64,000 nt of DNA. Origin: Spirochaetia bacterium. Lineage in GTDB: Bacteria > Spirochaetota > Spirochaetia > UBA9216. Of this stretch, positions 38,015 through 47,910 are shown piece by piece. The DNA lies in the NCBI GenBank assembly GCA_963677925.2, contig CAXXYH010000003.1, forward strand, positions 1,280,001 to 1,344,000, read 5' to 3'. Position numbers and translations under genes: made by a program. How positions within the stretch are numbered: position 1 is the stretch's first letter; each line of letters starts with the position of its first letter. Below the pieces are notes generated by a model. The model was not told the origin of the DNA. It worked only from the letters and a program-made list of their open reading frames with translations, and did not search any database.

Positions 38015-39921
38015 TATTCCGGAATTGGAAAACTGATACTCACAGCAGCACCATTTTCATTGGTGATTTCATAACTGCCGCGTATCTGTTTAACAAGCAT
38101 ATCAAGAAGTTTTAATCCGAATCCTTCACTTTGATTGTCGATAGAGTATCCTCGTCCGTTATCACTGTAATTCAGTATTCCGCAGCCGTCCCGGCTCTCA
38201 AGTGACACCGCAATTCCGGCATGGTTCCCGTTCTGCCTATCGAAGGCATACTTCATGGTGTTGGCATACAGCTCGTTTATTATTATCCCTATCGGCGTTA
38301 CCGTTTTTACCGGGAGAATAATATCGTCTGATGAAACATCAACCGAAACCTGACTCTGATGCAGACCCGAAATCTCGGTGAGCAGACTTTCAAGATATTC
38401 ACGGATGTTCAGTGATTTTAGATTTGAGCCCTTATATAGCCTGTCATAGAGAACCATCATACTTAGAATACGGCTTTCGGCTGTCTTCATCATTTCACGG
38501 GCTCGCGGCTCCTTTATATTAAAGGCATTCATGGCAAGCATTCCCTTGACCGTATTCATGTCATTCTTGACCCTGTGATGAACTTCCTTAAGAAGAATTT
38601 CTTTTTCTTTAAGCAGTCTTGTAATTTCAGCTTCATTCTCTTTTAACCGGGTTATATCCAGACTTGTACCGAAGACTCTGACTCTGCCGATAATATCAGA
38701 CTTGAATAATTCCGCATCCGCTTTGATGTATATGTGACGCTGATCGGGAGTTGTAAACCCGAAAGCAACACCTGGAGGATCCCCTCCCCCTAGAACTTCT
38801 GCCATTGCATTCTCTACAGCATTACGATCAGAATCATCAATCCTTCCAAGAATTTCCGGCCAGGAAATTTTCTTTTTTTTCCGGGGTGTATACCCGAGGA
38901 TTTTTTTCATTTCATCAGATGCAGAAAAAATCATGGTTTCCGGCTCAAGAACCCAGCTTCCTACCCCGGCTATTTTCTGTGCGGTCTGAAGATGTTTTTC
39001 ACTCTCGGCAAGTTCATGGCTTTTTCTGATTCTGGAAACAGCTACAGCAAGGGTTTCGGAAAGTCTTTCCAGATATCGGAGAGTCCCCGCAGAAACAAGA
39101 TCTTTCCTCCTGTCATTCAGCTGAATAAGGCCTATTCTTTCTGCTCCTATTCTCATTGGAAGAAGAACTATAGTTTCATAACCATTCTCATTACATTCAC
39201 TGCGCAGGCAGGAAGTTAATCCGCTTTCACCATTTGCTTCTATAAGAGCTTTTAAACTGCCTGTATAAAAACTTCCGTGTCTTGTGAAGCATGAGGGAAA
39301 ATCATCCTGAGTGCCGGAAATCACCATTGAACAGAAACATTTCTTTTTATCTGAGGTATTACCGATATGAAGCAAGCTTTCTTTCTCAAGAAAATCTTCA
39401 TTAAATCCTATACTGCAGGCATAGGGGTATGCATCATCTGCCTGAAGTCTCACTGCAAGTGCATCAAAGCCGTAGATATCTTTTAGAAATGAAAGCGTCT
39501 GCCTCAGTAATTTGTTAACCGAATTACAGGCATTAATAATATCAAAAAATTCTTCAGTCCTTCTCTTTTCGAGTTCGATCTGCTTCCTTTCAGAGACATC
39601 ACGGCCTGAAGCAAGAAAATTTCCCTTTTCATCAGGTATAAAAACCCATTCTATATAATGATAATTACCAAACTTATCCCTGACGCGATTCAGAAAAACT
39701 TTTCGCGTATTTCCGTATTTCAGTTCTTCGATTTCATGTCGCAGAGGAACGGTATCTTCAGGATGAAAAAGATTGGTCACCGGGATACCTTTAAGCTCAT
39801 CGTTTGTATATCCCAGAACATCCTCAAAAACATTATTTATCTGTACAAAACATCCATCGGGGTCCGATTTTACCCGCAGATCGGAAAAGTGATTTAAAAA
39901 GTTAATGTCATCTAACTGCAT
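38014..39921 (-). CDS. Cytoplasmic PAS-GAF-PAS histidine kinase (HisKA_2/HWE-like)
   Basis: LLKEVHHRVKND, INELYANTMKYAF, DNGRG, GFGL; PAS motifs FHPED and SGRDVSERK. Confidence 0.88.
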   Translation of the reverse strand: MQLDDINFLNHFSDLRVKSDPDGCFVQINNVFEDVLGYTNDELKGIPVTNLFHPEDTVPLRHEIEELKYGNTRKVFLNRVRDKFGNYHYIEWVFIPDEKGNFLASGRDVSERKQIELEKRRTEEFFDIINACNSVNKLLRQTLSFLKDIYGFDALAVRLQADDAYPYACSIGFNEDFLEKESLLHIGNTSDKKKCFCSMVISGTQDDFPSCFTRHGSFYTGSLKALIEANGESGLTSCLRSECNENGYETIVLLPMRIGAERIGLIQLNDRRKDLVSAGTLRYLERLSETLAVAVSRIRKSHELAESEKHLQTAQKIAGVGSWVLEPETMIFSASDEMKKILGYTPRKKKKISWPEILGRIDDSDRNAVENAMAEVLGGGDPPGVAFGFTTPDQRHIYIKADAELFKSDIIGRVRVFGTSLDITRLKENEAEITRLLKEKEILLKEVHHRVKNDMNTVKGMLAMNAFNIKEPRAREMMKTAESRILSMMVLYDRLYKGSNLKSLNIREYLESLLTEISGLHQSQVSVDVSSDDIILPVKTVTPIGIIINELYANTMKYAFDRQNGNHAGIAVSLESRDGCGILNYSDNGRGYSIDNQSEGFGLKLLDMLVKQIRGSYEITNENGAAVSISFPIPE

Positions 39922-40071
39922 TTAGATCTCATACTTTTTTTCATTGCCTTAAGGATAAATCTCCCAAAATCACTTGTCAAGCTCGGCTGAAATTATTACT
40001 GCTAATTTTTACAATTGCTTAAAAGTTATGTTAAAATCTAATTATATTTCCAGCTCTTACAGGAGGTAGCT

Positions 40072-40641
40072 ATGCCCATAACACCGGACAGGGATAAAGC
40101 CCTGAATCTTTTTAAAGAATATAATCAGACGGAAAGCCTTTATAAACATGCCCTGGCAGTAGAAGCTGTGATGAGACACATCGCAGAACTTGAAGGTGAG
40201 GATACTGATAAATGGGGAATTATCGGTCTTATTCACGATCTTGATTATGAAAAATTCCCGGAACAGCACTGCAGTATGACCGAAAAGATCATGAAAGAAA
40301 ATGACTGGCCGGATGATTACATACATGCTGTAGTTTCCCATGGGTGGGGAATCTGTTCGGATGTTGAACCGATTGAAAAAATGGAGAAATATCTTTTTAC
40401 CATCGATGAACTTACAGGTCTGGTTACCACAACAGCTCTTGTCCGTCCGTCCAAATCGGTACTTGATATGGAAGTAAAATCAGTTAAGAAGAAGTGGAAG
40501 GACAAGCGCTTTGCAGCCGGGGTTGACCGCTCAATAATTGAAAAGGGAGCGGCTATGCTGGAACTGGAGCTGTCGGAAGTAATAAAACTGACAATCGACG
40601 GCATGAAGACCGCAGCCGCAGAGCTTGGACTGGCCGGCTGA
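40072..40641 (+). CDS. HD/HDIG-domain metal-dependent hydrolase
   Basis: KHALAVE, GLIHDLDYE, DELTGL, WKDKRFAAGVDR. Confidence 0.85.
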   Translation: MPITPDRDKALNLFKEYNQTESLYKHALAVEAVMRHIAELEGEDTDKWGIIGLIHDLDYEKFPEQHCSMTEKIMKENDWPDDYIHAVVSHGWGICSDVEPIEKMEKYLFTIDELTGLVTTTALVRPSKSVLDMEVKSVKKKWKDKRFAAGVDRSIIEKGAAMLELELSEVIKLTIDGMKTAAAELGLAG

Positions 40642-40642
40642 G

Positions 40643-41338
40643 CTATAGATCGAAACGGTATCCCCTGCCCCTGAAAGTTTTTATATGTCTGGGAATTTCA
40701 GGCTCACCCAGCTTGCTTCGAAGTTTGGCAACATGAACATCGACGGTACGGGTTGAAGTTTCACTTCCGTAACCCCAGACATCATCCAGAATCAGATCAC
40801 GGCTGAGAATCCGTCCGCTGTTCACAGCAAGATACTCCAGCAGCCTGTACTCCTGCGCATTAAGTGAAATCTGCTCACCGCTTTTCTCAAGGTTGCCGGT
40901 CTTGAGATCAAGGATAAATTCACCGAAAATAACCTGCTCCAGCTGTTTTTCAGAAGCTAAATTTTCACCGTTCTCCTTTGACCGCCTAAGCAGGGCTTCT
41001 ATTCGTGCCAGCAGAACTGACATGTCAAAGGGTTTAGCCAGGTAATCATCAGCGCCTACCTTAAGCCCCATCACCGTATCAAGATTTGTATCCCTGGCGG
41101 TAAGCATAAGTATAGGAGTTTTTATACCAGCCTTCCTCAGATTAAGACATATGGTGAAGCCGTCACGGCCGGGAAGCATCAAATCAAGAAGGATAAGTGA
41201 ATAAGTTCCCTTTAATGCCTCATTTTCCCCGCGGATGCCGTCATCTCTGATTGTCACCCCGTAACCTTCGGCTCTCAATCTGTCTTCAAGTGTGAGCTGA
41301 ACTCCAGGTTCATCTTCTATAATAAGAATCTCTGCCAT
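40643..41338 (-). CDS. OmpR/PhoB family response regulator
   Basis: IEDE, LDLMLP, GADDYLAKPF, TRTVDVHVAKLRSKL. Confidence 0.95.
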   Translation of the reverse strand: MAEILIIEDEPGVQLTLEDRLRAEGYGVTIRDDGIRGENEALKGTYSLILLDLMLPGRDGFTICLNLRKAGIKTPILMLTARDTNLDTVMGLKVGADDYLAKPFDMSVLLARIEALLRRSKENGENLASEKQLEQVIFGEFILDLKTGNLEKSGEQISLNAQEYRLLEYLAVNSGRILSRDLILDDVWGYGSETSTRTVDVHVAKLRSKLGEPEIPRHIKTFRGRGYRFDL

Positions 41339-41346
41339 AATGTCCT

Positions 41347-43068
41347 CTATTTAAGATTATATTTGCATGGAATTGTAAATTCAAACCGGCAGCCATGCTG
41401 CTTTCTGCCGTTAATCCTCCGGTAGGGACTTTCAAGTTTCAGTGAGCCTCCTGCAAGCAAAGCCTTCCGCCTTGCAAGAAACAGCCCCAGACCGCTTCCC
41501 TTTTCCTGACGGCTTCTGCTTACATAATCTCTGTAGAAGGGATCAAAAACATGACGCTGCTCACGGCTTTCAATTCCGCGGCCGTCATCCTCTACTGTAA
41601 AAACCAGCCCGTCGGGAATCCTTACGCGGCCGGTCACTCTCACATCACCGCCGTTTCCGTCATAGGCATGATTAATTGTATTCATCACAAGATTTCGAAG
41701 AACCAGGGTCAGCGTCTCCTCAACTATCACACAGCTTCCTTTAAGTACAGAAACATCCCAGATAAGATTTATCTTCCCGGCGGAGGTTATAGTATCAAGC
41801 TCTTTGATTAACCCTTCAAAAGTGGTTTCAAGATCAATCTCTGTACCGACCGGCTTTTTACTTCCACCAGCCTCAAGATTTGAAAACATTAGAATCTCGT
41901 TTATCATCCCGCCCAGCCTTAAGGACTGCTGCTGTATTATCTCGCTGTATTTTGAAAGCCTTTCTGCAGGAATAATTCCATTGGAAAGATTATCAGCTGC
42001 CGCCTGGATAACAGTCAGAGGTGTTCGAAGCTCATGAGTAATAGACGCAACAAATTCACGTTCACGTTCCCGCATGCCTTTCAGCCGCCTGGCCTGATGC
42101 CTTGCAAGGAAGAAGGCGGCGGTAACACCGAGAAGAAGAATAAGGCTTGCAAAAAAATTAATTGCTGCACGTTTTTCAAGATCAGCATAAAAAGAACCGT
42201 TTTCGGATCTGACTTTTATTGCATACTGCCAGTCATATTCCCGAAACAGCCCGCTCTCGGAAGCAGGTCCGAATCCAATAGGGAAAAAGATAAACTTTTC
42301 ATCCATTTCCTGAGGTTCGGGTCGCGATGCCGGATCACCGGAAAGGTTTATACTGTCATGAATCCCGGGAATCGGAACAAACAGGGCATCGCCGGAAGAG
42401 TCTATCCCCAGAAGAGCCCTGAAAGGATGAAATGTGAACCTTGAGGATTTAAAATCTTTATTTCTGTCCGGAGCCTTGTCACTTCGGCCTTCGCCAGCGG
42501 AGACCCATTCAAGTTCATAATCGGGAAGCTGAGATTCCACCGCATCCTTAACATAGTTATCCATGAAAAGCCTGATATCAACATCTATAAAAATGGACAG
42601 CTCTTCATCTCTATTAGGCTTGTACACAAACAGCAGATGCCAGTCCTGATTTGGGGGGCCCGAATCATGTTTTCTTTCTATCCAGATTTCAGAATCACTG
42701 TCAAAATAGGTTGTCAGACCGTCACGATCATCATGGGAATAACTTATGGAGGCTAGAAGATACGGGTCTATACCGGAATCGTTGTATAGTTCAAAAATCC
42801 GTTCAAGCTGTGACCTGAGGGCATTATCAGACTGATCTTCAAGATCAAGATTTCTTAGAGACTGAACCAGCAGGGTATATCTTCTATATTCATTTGTTGC
42901 TGCATGCATGACCGAATATTCAATATCACGGGCAAGGGATATGGCTTCGCTTTCCATGCTTATCTTGAACATCCGGTGAATAAGAAAAACGGATGCAACC
43001 ATCGCCACGGCAAAAAGTATTGAGAAAATACGGTCAAGGACTGTCAAAAGCCTGGATTTTAACATCAT
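41347..43068 (-). CDS. Sensor histidine kinase
   Basis: ITHELRTPL, LRNLVMN, DDGRG, GSGLGL; two TMs. Confidence 0.92.
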   Translation of the reverse strand: MMLKSRLLTVLDRIFSILFAVAMVASVFLIHRMFKISMESEAISLARDIEYSVMHAATNEYRRYTLLVQSLRNLDLEDQSDNALRSQLERIFELYNDSGIDPYLLASISYSHDDRDGLTTYFDSDSEIWIERKHDSGPPNQDWHLLFVYKPNRDEELSIFIDVDIRLFMDNYVKDAVESQLPDYELEWVSAGEGRSDKAPDRNKDFKSSRFTFHPFRALLGIDSSGDALFVPIPGIHDSINLSGDPASRPEPQEMDEKFIFFPIGFGPASESGLFREYDWQYAIKVRSENGSFYADLEKRAAINFFASLILLLGVTAAFFLARHQARRLKGMREREREFVASITHELRTPLTVIQAAADNLSNGIIPAERLSKYSEIIQQQSLRLGGMINEILMFSNLEAGGSKKPVGTEIDLETTFEGLIKELDTITSAGKINLIWDVSVLKGSCVIVEETLTLVLRNLVMNTINHAYDGNGGDVRVTGRVRIPDGLVFTVEDDGRGIESREQRHVFDPFYRDYVSRSRQEKGSGLGLFLARRKALLAGGSLKLESPYRRINGRKQHGCRFEFTIPCKYNLK

Positions 43069-43129
43069 AAAGCAATAATAACCTCTGAATGAGCTTTCTT
43101 CTATATTTTAGGGTTTGCAGATTCCAGTT

Positions 43130-43166
43130 TTTACAAAGTTTACAATCGTTTTACAGCGGTTTAACA
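43130..43166 (+). promoter_or_regulatory. Candidate OmpR-family direct-repeat binding array
   Basis: TTTACA at 43130, 43139, 43150 and TTAACA at 43161; the last three are 11 bp apart. Confidence 0.62.
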
Positions 43167-43208
43167 GCTCCAATATGAATATGCTGTATTTTTTATGTGG
43201 AGATTAAG

Positions 43209-44519
43209 ATGAGTACAAATCATAAAATTGTGCAGCTCGAGTATGTAAATCCGGCTGTTTCAAGAAAAAAGAAACGGGGAAGACTGATGGCTCTGATTGC
43301 AACAGTGCTTGCGGCGGCGGCAGCAGTGGTCATTCTTAAAACAGAGCTTTCCGACAAGCCTGTAAAAGTTGCTGATTATACAACAGCGGCCGTTACTTCG
43401 GGGGAAATTTTATCAACAACAGAAGCCAGCGGTACGGTGGTCCTGCCGATACAGGTTGAAATTGTCAGCCCGGAGGACAGTTACGCTGATGAAATCTATG
43501 TCAGCGAGGGTGATTCAATTACACCCGAAACTGTGCTTGCGCTTCTTGAGTCACCTAATCTTGATGATGAAAAGGACAGCCTTACAGTAAGTCTGAAACA
43601 GGCTTTAATTGAACTTGAAAATATAAATAGTGAATACAATTATGAAATAAAAAACCTTACAAGAAGTATCACAAGACTAAGCGCCGATATTGCCGATGCT
43701 CAGGCTGATGCAGACACAGCAAAGGCACTTGCAGAACTTAAAAGTTCGCGTGAATCAGATTACGAGGAAGCCCTTGATAATCTTGAAAGCCTGCAGGAGG
43801 AGCTTGAGGATCTTAACTCGGAACTCGAACAGACTCTTGCCAAAAAAGATATAGATATAAGAAAACAGGATGCTTCAATAGAGCAGATTCGGGTGAATCT
43901 TGAAATCGTTAACAGCGACATTGAGGCTCTTTCAGTAAAGAGTCCGATATCAGGTGAAGTACTCAGCATCAACGAGAGCCTGGGGATACCGGGAAGTTCC
44001 ATAGAGACAACTGATTCCCTCTTCGTTATTGCAGACCGCAGTGAAGCCTATATAGATTTCGATGTTTATGAACAGTATGCAGGACTTCTTGAAACCGGCG
44101 GAAAAATGACAGTCACTTCCGGAACCAATACCTTCGAGGCTGAAATAACAAAAATTGGGCGTATTGCAACCATGGATTCCGACGGCCTTGCGGCAATGGT
44201 CACAGTAAGGGCCAGGCCGCTTACTGATCTTGAACTTACCCCCGGCGCTTCGGCAGTCGCCAGTATAAGCCTGGGTATGGAGGAAAATGTTATCTACCTT
44301 CCGCGTGGAGCCTACCTTACAACCGGAAGCCAGAAATGGGTTTACCTGGTGAACGGAGACAGTGCTGTAAAAACGGCAGTCAGTTTCGGGGATATTGAAG
44401 GTGCAAAGGTGAAGATTAAAGCCGGACTTAACGAGGGCGATGTGATTATCACCAGCGGGTACCAGAACTTTATCGACCAGAAAGAAATACAGTTAGCCCG
44501 GGGAGGCGAAGATGATTGA
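43209..44519 (+). CDS. Periplasmic adaptor / membrane fusion protein (MacA/HlyD-like)
   Basis: N-terminal TM, VSEGDSI lipoyl half, long coiled coil, VKSPISGEV, GLNEGDVII. Confidence 0.88.
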   Translation: MSTNHKIVQLEYVNPAVSRKKKRGRLMALIATVLAAAAAVVILKTELSDKPVKVADYTTAAVTSGEILSTTEASGTVVLPIQVEIVSPEDSYADEIYVSEGDSITPETVLALLESPNLDDEKDSLTVSLKQALIELENINSEYNYEIKNLTRSITRLSADIADAQADADTAKALAELKSSRESDYEEALDNLESLQEELEDLNSELEQTLAKKDIDIRKQDASIEQIRVNLEIVNSDIEALSVKSPISGEVLSINESLGIPGSSIETTDSLFVIADRSEAYIDFDVYEQYAGLLETGGKMTVTSGTNTFEAEITKIGRIATMDSDGLAAMVTVRARPLTDLELTPGASAVASISLGMEENVIYLPRGAYLTTGSQKWVYLVNGDSAVKTAVSFGDIEGAKVKIKAGLNEGDVIITSGYQNFIDQKEIQLARGGEDD

Positions 44520-45195
44520 GTTAAACGGAATAAACAAGAGCTATGACCTTGGCGATGTAAAGGTTGACGCTCTAAGAGGTATAAATATTAAAATCGAACG
44601 CGGTGAATACATTGCTGTTATGGGCCCGTCCGGCTCGGGCAAATCAACACTTATGCACATAGTCGGAATACTGGATTCGGCAACCGGCGGAAAGTATCTG
44701 CTTGAAGACTACGATATTACAGCACTGCCGGACAGAGAGCAGGCCCGTATTCGCAACAGACACTTCGGTTTCATCTTTCAGAGTTTCAATTTATTCCCGG
44801 AGCTTAGCGCCCTGGAGAATGTAATGCTGCCTATGAGCTATGCCGGCATCCCCTTTTCTCATCGCAGAGACCGTGCTGTTGAACTTCTTAATGAAGTTGG
44901 ACTGGGCAGCCGTATGAAACACCTGCCTACAATGCTAAGCGGAGGTGAACAGCAGAGAGTTGCCATTGCAAGGGCGCTGTCAAACAATCCCGATTTAATA
45001 CTTGCGGATGAACCGACAGGAAATCTTCCGACCGACAAGGGTGAGGAGATTCTGAAAATTCTTGAAGACCTGAATGCAAAGGGAGTGACTATCGTAATGG
45101 TTACCCACAACCCTGCACAGGGGAAACGCGCCGGCAGAATCATAGAACTGAGCGACGGCCGTATACTGGACAAGAGGCAGGAAAATGCACTCTGA
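44512..45195 (+). CDS. ABC ATPase (MacB/LolD type)
   Basis: GPSGSGKST, GFIFQSFNL, LSGGEQQRVAIARAL, LADEPTGNL. Confidence 0.94.
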   Translation: MIELNGINKSYDLGDVKVDALRGINIKIERGEYIAVMGPSGSGKSTLMHIVGILDSATGGKYLLEDYDITALPDREQARIRNRHFGFIFQSFNLFPELSALENVMLPMSYAGIPFSHRRDRAVELLNEVGLGSRMKHLPTMLSGGEQQRVAIARALSNNPDLILADEPTGNLPTDKGEEILKILEDLNAKGVTIVMVTHNPAQGKRAGRIIELSDGRILDKRQENAL

Positions 45196-46600
45196 GCCTG
45201 TAAAAATAGTAACAAGAAGGTTCATTGACAAACCGCTTGAATCAATTCTGCTGATACTCGCTGTAGGTCTCGGGATAGGAGTTCTGAGTACCGGGCTCTC
45301 GCTTCTGGCAAACACCCTGGCTTATTCCGATTATATGATGAAATCTCCTGAATATACCGAAATTACCGTCAGCACAAGAAGCGATGCTGAGGATATGGAA
45401 ACGCCTGCGGTAACTATTCCGGCAAGCGAAAATACAGTACTGACACAGGAAGATCTTGAGGCAGCGGAGCTTGCCCCCTATGTTGAATATGCCTACATAA
45501 AAAACCGCAGTAGACTCCATATGATTAATGAAAGCAGCATAGAGCAGGAAAACCGGATGAGGACAGAAATGGAGCAGTTCGGCCCCGGTCAGGGACAGGA
45601 TTCACCGCCGCAGGATTTTTCCGGAGACGCTCCTGCCGCCCCGGATGGACAGGATGGAAATCAGCCGCCGGACATGAGGCAGAATGCGGCTCAGATGCTC
45701 CAGGAAGGGATAGAATCGGGGCTTATCATAGCAGAAATTGAAGAAGCCGACGGCTTTGAAGTCAGCAGCGGATTCTTTGATGCATGGGATATTCAGACAG
45801 TCTACGGAAGTATATTCTCCGAACAGGAGTATGCATCAACTGAAAACATAATACTGCTGGGTACCGAACTTGCAGCAGAAGTCATCCCGGAAGGTGAAGA
45901 GATGTCAAGCCTTATAGGAAGGCAGCTTCTGACCAGAGGCGGATATCAGACTATAGTCGGAATATTCGATTCCGAATACGGCGACTACAGCGGAAAATTT
46001 CTTGAACCCTATCGGGACAGAGGATCTCTTTCAGGATTCCGGGGCTTCAGGGGTCCTGGAATGGATACAAGCCTGATTTTCAGTGTAATGGATCCCGAAA
46101 AGATAGAATCTTCTTCAAGTCTGCTCACTCAATGGTTTGCGGACCGCTACGGCAATGATCAGATTTCCATATCAAACTCGAGGGCTGAAGCTGAAAACAT
46201 AGTAAGCAGAAATACCGGAATAAGCGTTCTGGTATTTTTTCTTTCTGCTGCCGGATTCTTCATAGCACTGTTGAATGTATCAAACATCCTTATGAGCCGG
46301 GCTATGAGAATGAAAGGTGCTACAGGGGTATTGATGGCACTCGGTTCAGATCGTAAGGGGATTCTGAAACTGTTCTCTGTTGAGGCCGCAGTTATAACAG
46401 CAGCAGGCGCCGCTGCAGGAATGCTTATTGCTTTTCCGCTCAGCGCTTATATTAAGAAAGCAATGGAGATTCAGACATCCTCCTTTATATATCTTATTCT
46501 GGGGATTGTAATATCGGGACTGCTGGCTCTTGTATTCAGTATAATTCCGGCAGCGCATGCTGCGAAAACAGATCCGGCCCAGGCAATGAGGGCTTTATAA
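45185..46600 (+). CDS. ABC permease (MacB/FtsX type) 1
   Basis: One TM, large periplasmic domain, three TMs; GVLMALGS, PAAHAAKTDPAQAMR. Confidence 0.85.
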   Translation: MHSEPVKIVTRRFIDKPLESILLILAVGLGIGVLSTGLSLLANTLAYSDYMMKSPEYTEITVSTRSDAEDMETPAVTIPASENTVLTQEDLEAAELAPYVEYAYIKNRSRLHMINESSIEQENRMRTEMEQFGPGQGQDSPPQDFSGDAPAAPDGQDGNQPPDMRQNAAQMLQEGIESGLIIAEIEEADGFEVSSGFFDAWDIQTVYGSIFSEQEYASTENIILLGTELAAEVIPEGEEMSSLIGRQLLTRGGYQTIVGIFDSEYGDYSGKFLEPYRDRGSLSGFRGFRGPGMDTSLIFSVMDPEKIESSSSLLTQWFADRYGNDQISISNSRAEAENIVSRNTGISVLVFFLSAAGFFIALLNVSNILMSRAMRMKGATGVLMALGSDRKGILKLFSVEAAVITAAGAAAGMLIAFPLSAYIKKAMEIQTSSFIYLILGIVISGLLALVFSIIPAAHAAKTDPAQAMRAL

Positions 46601-47910
46601 TGAATCAGATAATTTCAATGTTCAAACGACAGTTCAGAACCGCACCGCTTAAGATAAGCCTGACGCTTGTATCAGTAGCTCTTGGAACGGCGGTACTTAT
46701 TCTATCGCTGAGTGCGTCATCGATCATAAAAAATGAAGTCTCCGGACAGCTTGAAGAAAACGGGATGATCCTGTATACGGCAAACGGAGAATGGGACAGT
46801 GACGGAAGCATTTCCCTCAACAGACCTGCTGAATGGGACAGCAATGCGGGTTCTGTTTTACTAAGTGATTCAGGCGTTGCAGAAAGCGCCTCCATAGTAT
46901 CCAGCACCCCATTTCATGAACTTAGTGCTGACGGAAAGTCATACAGAATAAGAACCGCAATAGCTGCCGAACCTGCCTATTTTGATGTATTCAGTCTTGA
47001 GATTGCTGCAGGACTTCCAATGACAGATTCCGATCTGGCTCAGGGAATGAAGAAGGTCTGGATATCAGAAGAAACTGCAGAGATTCTCTTCGGTTCGAAC
47101 GAAGAAGCTGTAGGAAAATATATCCAGCCGCCGGGTGAAATCTTCCAGCGGGGGCCCGGCGGAATGCGTGAGCAGAATATGATAACCAGCTATACTGTTA
47201 CCGGAGTATTTAAAACCCCCGGTGAAGTTTCAAGAAAGTCCTACGAAATCGGCGATGTTGTATTTCCATACACAGCAATGCTTCCTTCCGGAAGAAATGC
47301 ACAGCTTGCAAAAGACATGATGGCCGGTACTATTGCAGTTAAGACTTCAGCTTCTTCGGTTGAAAAAGCCGGAGCGGCGATAAGACAGTCTCTGACGGCA
47401 GTGTACGGAGAGGAGATCGACATACTTGTATGGGAAGGTTCACCACGTGGAACTTCTGAATATATGGAGGAACTTAGAAACTCAGTCAGAATTTTCACAG
47501 TAACCATCAATCTGCTGGGCCTAATTTTACTGCTTACAAGTTCGCTGGGAATTTTCAGTATCATGGTAGTGGAATCACTCAGCAGGCGCCGTGAGATAGC
47601 ACTGCAGAGAGCTCTGGGCGCATCAAGACTGATCGTTGTACGCGACTTCTGGAGCTGGGCTATATCCTTAAGTCTCTGCGGAGCAGCTGCCGGTGCAGTA
47701 CTTTCACTCATATTTTCGCATCCGGTTCTGCAGAGCATTGCACCCCTTGCAGGAGAAATATCTGAAAGCTTTGCCGAAACTGCCGGGTTAAGGGCCGGTG
47801 CATTAATTACTGCTGTACTGACAGCGGCAGGATTCGGGGGAATTCTCGGTCTGCTCCCGGCAGTTTCTTCTGTTCAGGGAAATATTTCTGAAACAATAAG
47901 GGAATCATGA
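46600..47910 (+). CDS. ABC permease (MacB/FtsX type) 2
   Basis: RRREIALQRALGAS motif; same topology as permease 1. Confidence 0.87.
   Translation: MNQIISMFKRQFRTAPLKISLTLVSVALGTAVLILSLSASSIIKNEVSGQLEENGMILYTANGEWDSDGSISLNRPAEWDSNAGSVLLSDSGVAESASIVSSTPFHELSADGKSYRIRTAIAAEPAYFDVFSLEIAAGLPMTDSDLAQGMKKVWISEETAEILFGSNEEAVGKYIQPPGEIFQRGPGGMREQNMITSYTVTGVFKTPGEVSRKSYEIGDVVFPYTAMLPSGRNAQLAKDMMAGTIAVKTSASSVEKAGAAIRQSLTAVYGEEIDILVWEGSPRGTSEYMEELRNSVRIFTVTINLLGLILLLTSSLGIFSIMVVESLSRRREIALQRALGASRLIVVRDFWSWAISLSLCGAAAGAVLSLIFSHPVLQSIAPLAGEISESFAETAGLRAGALITAVLTAAGFGGILGLLPAVSSVQGNISETIRES

Noticed and set aside
39935-39941. T7 homopolymer considered as a phase-variable frameshift extending the kinase
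   Set aside because: Adding one base puts the upstream ATG in frame but creates a TAA before the kinase ATG.
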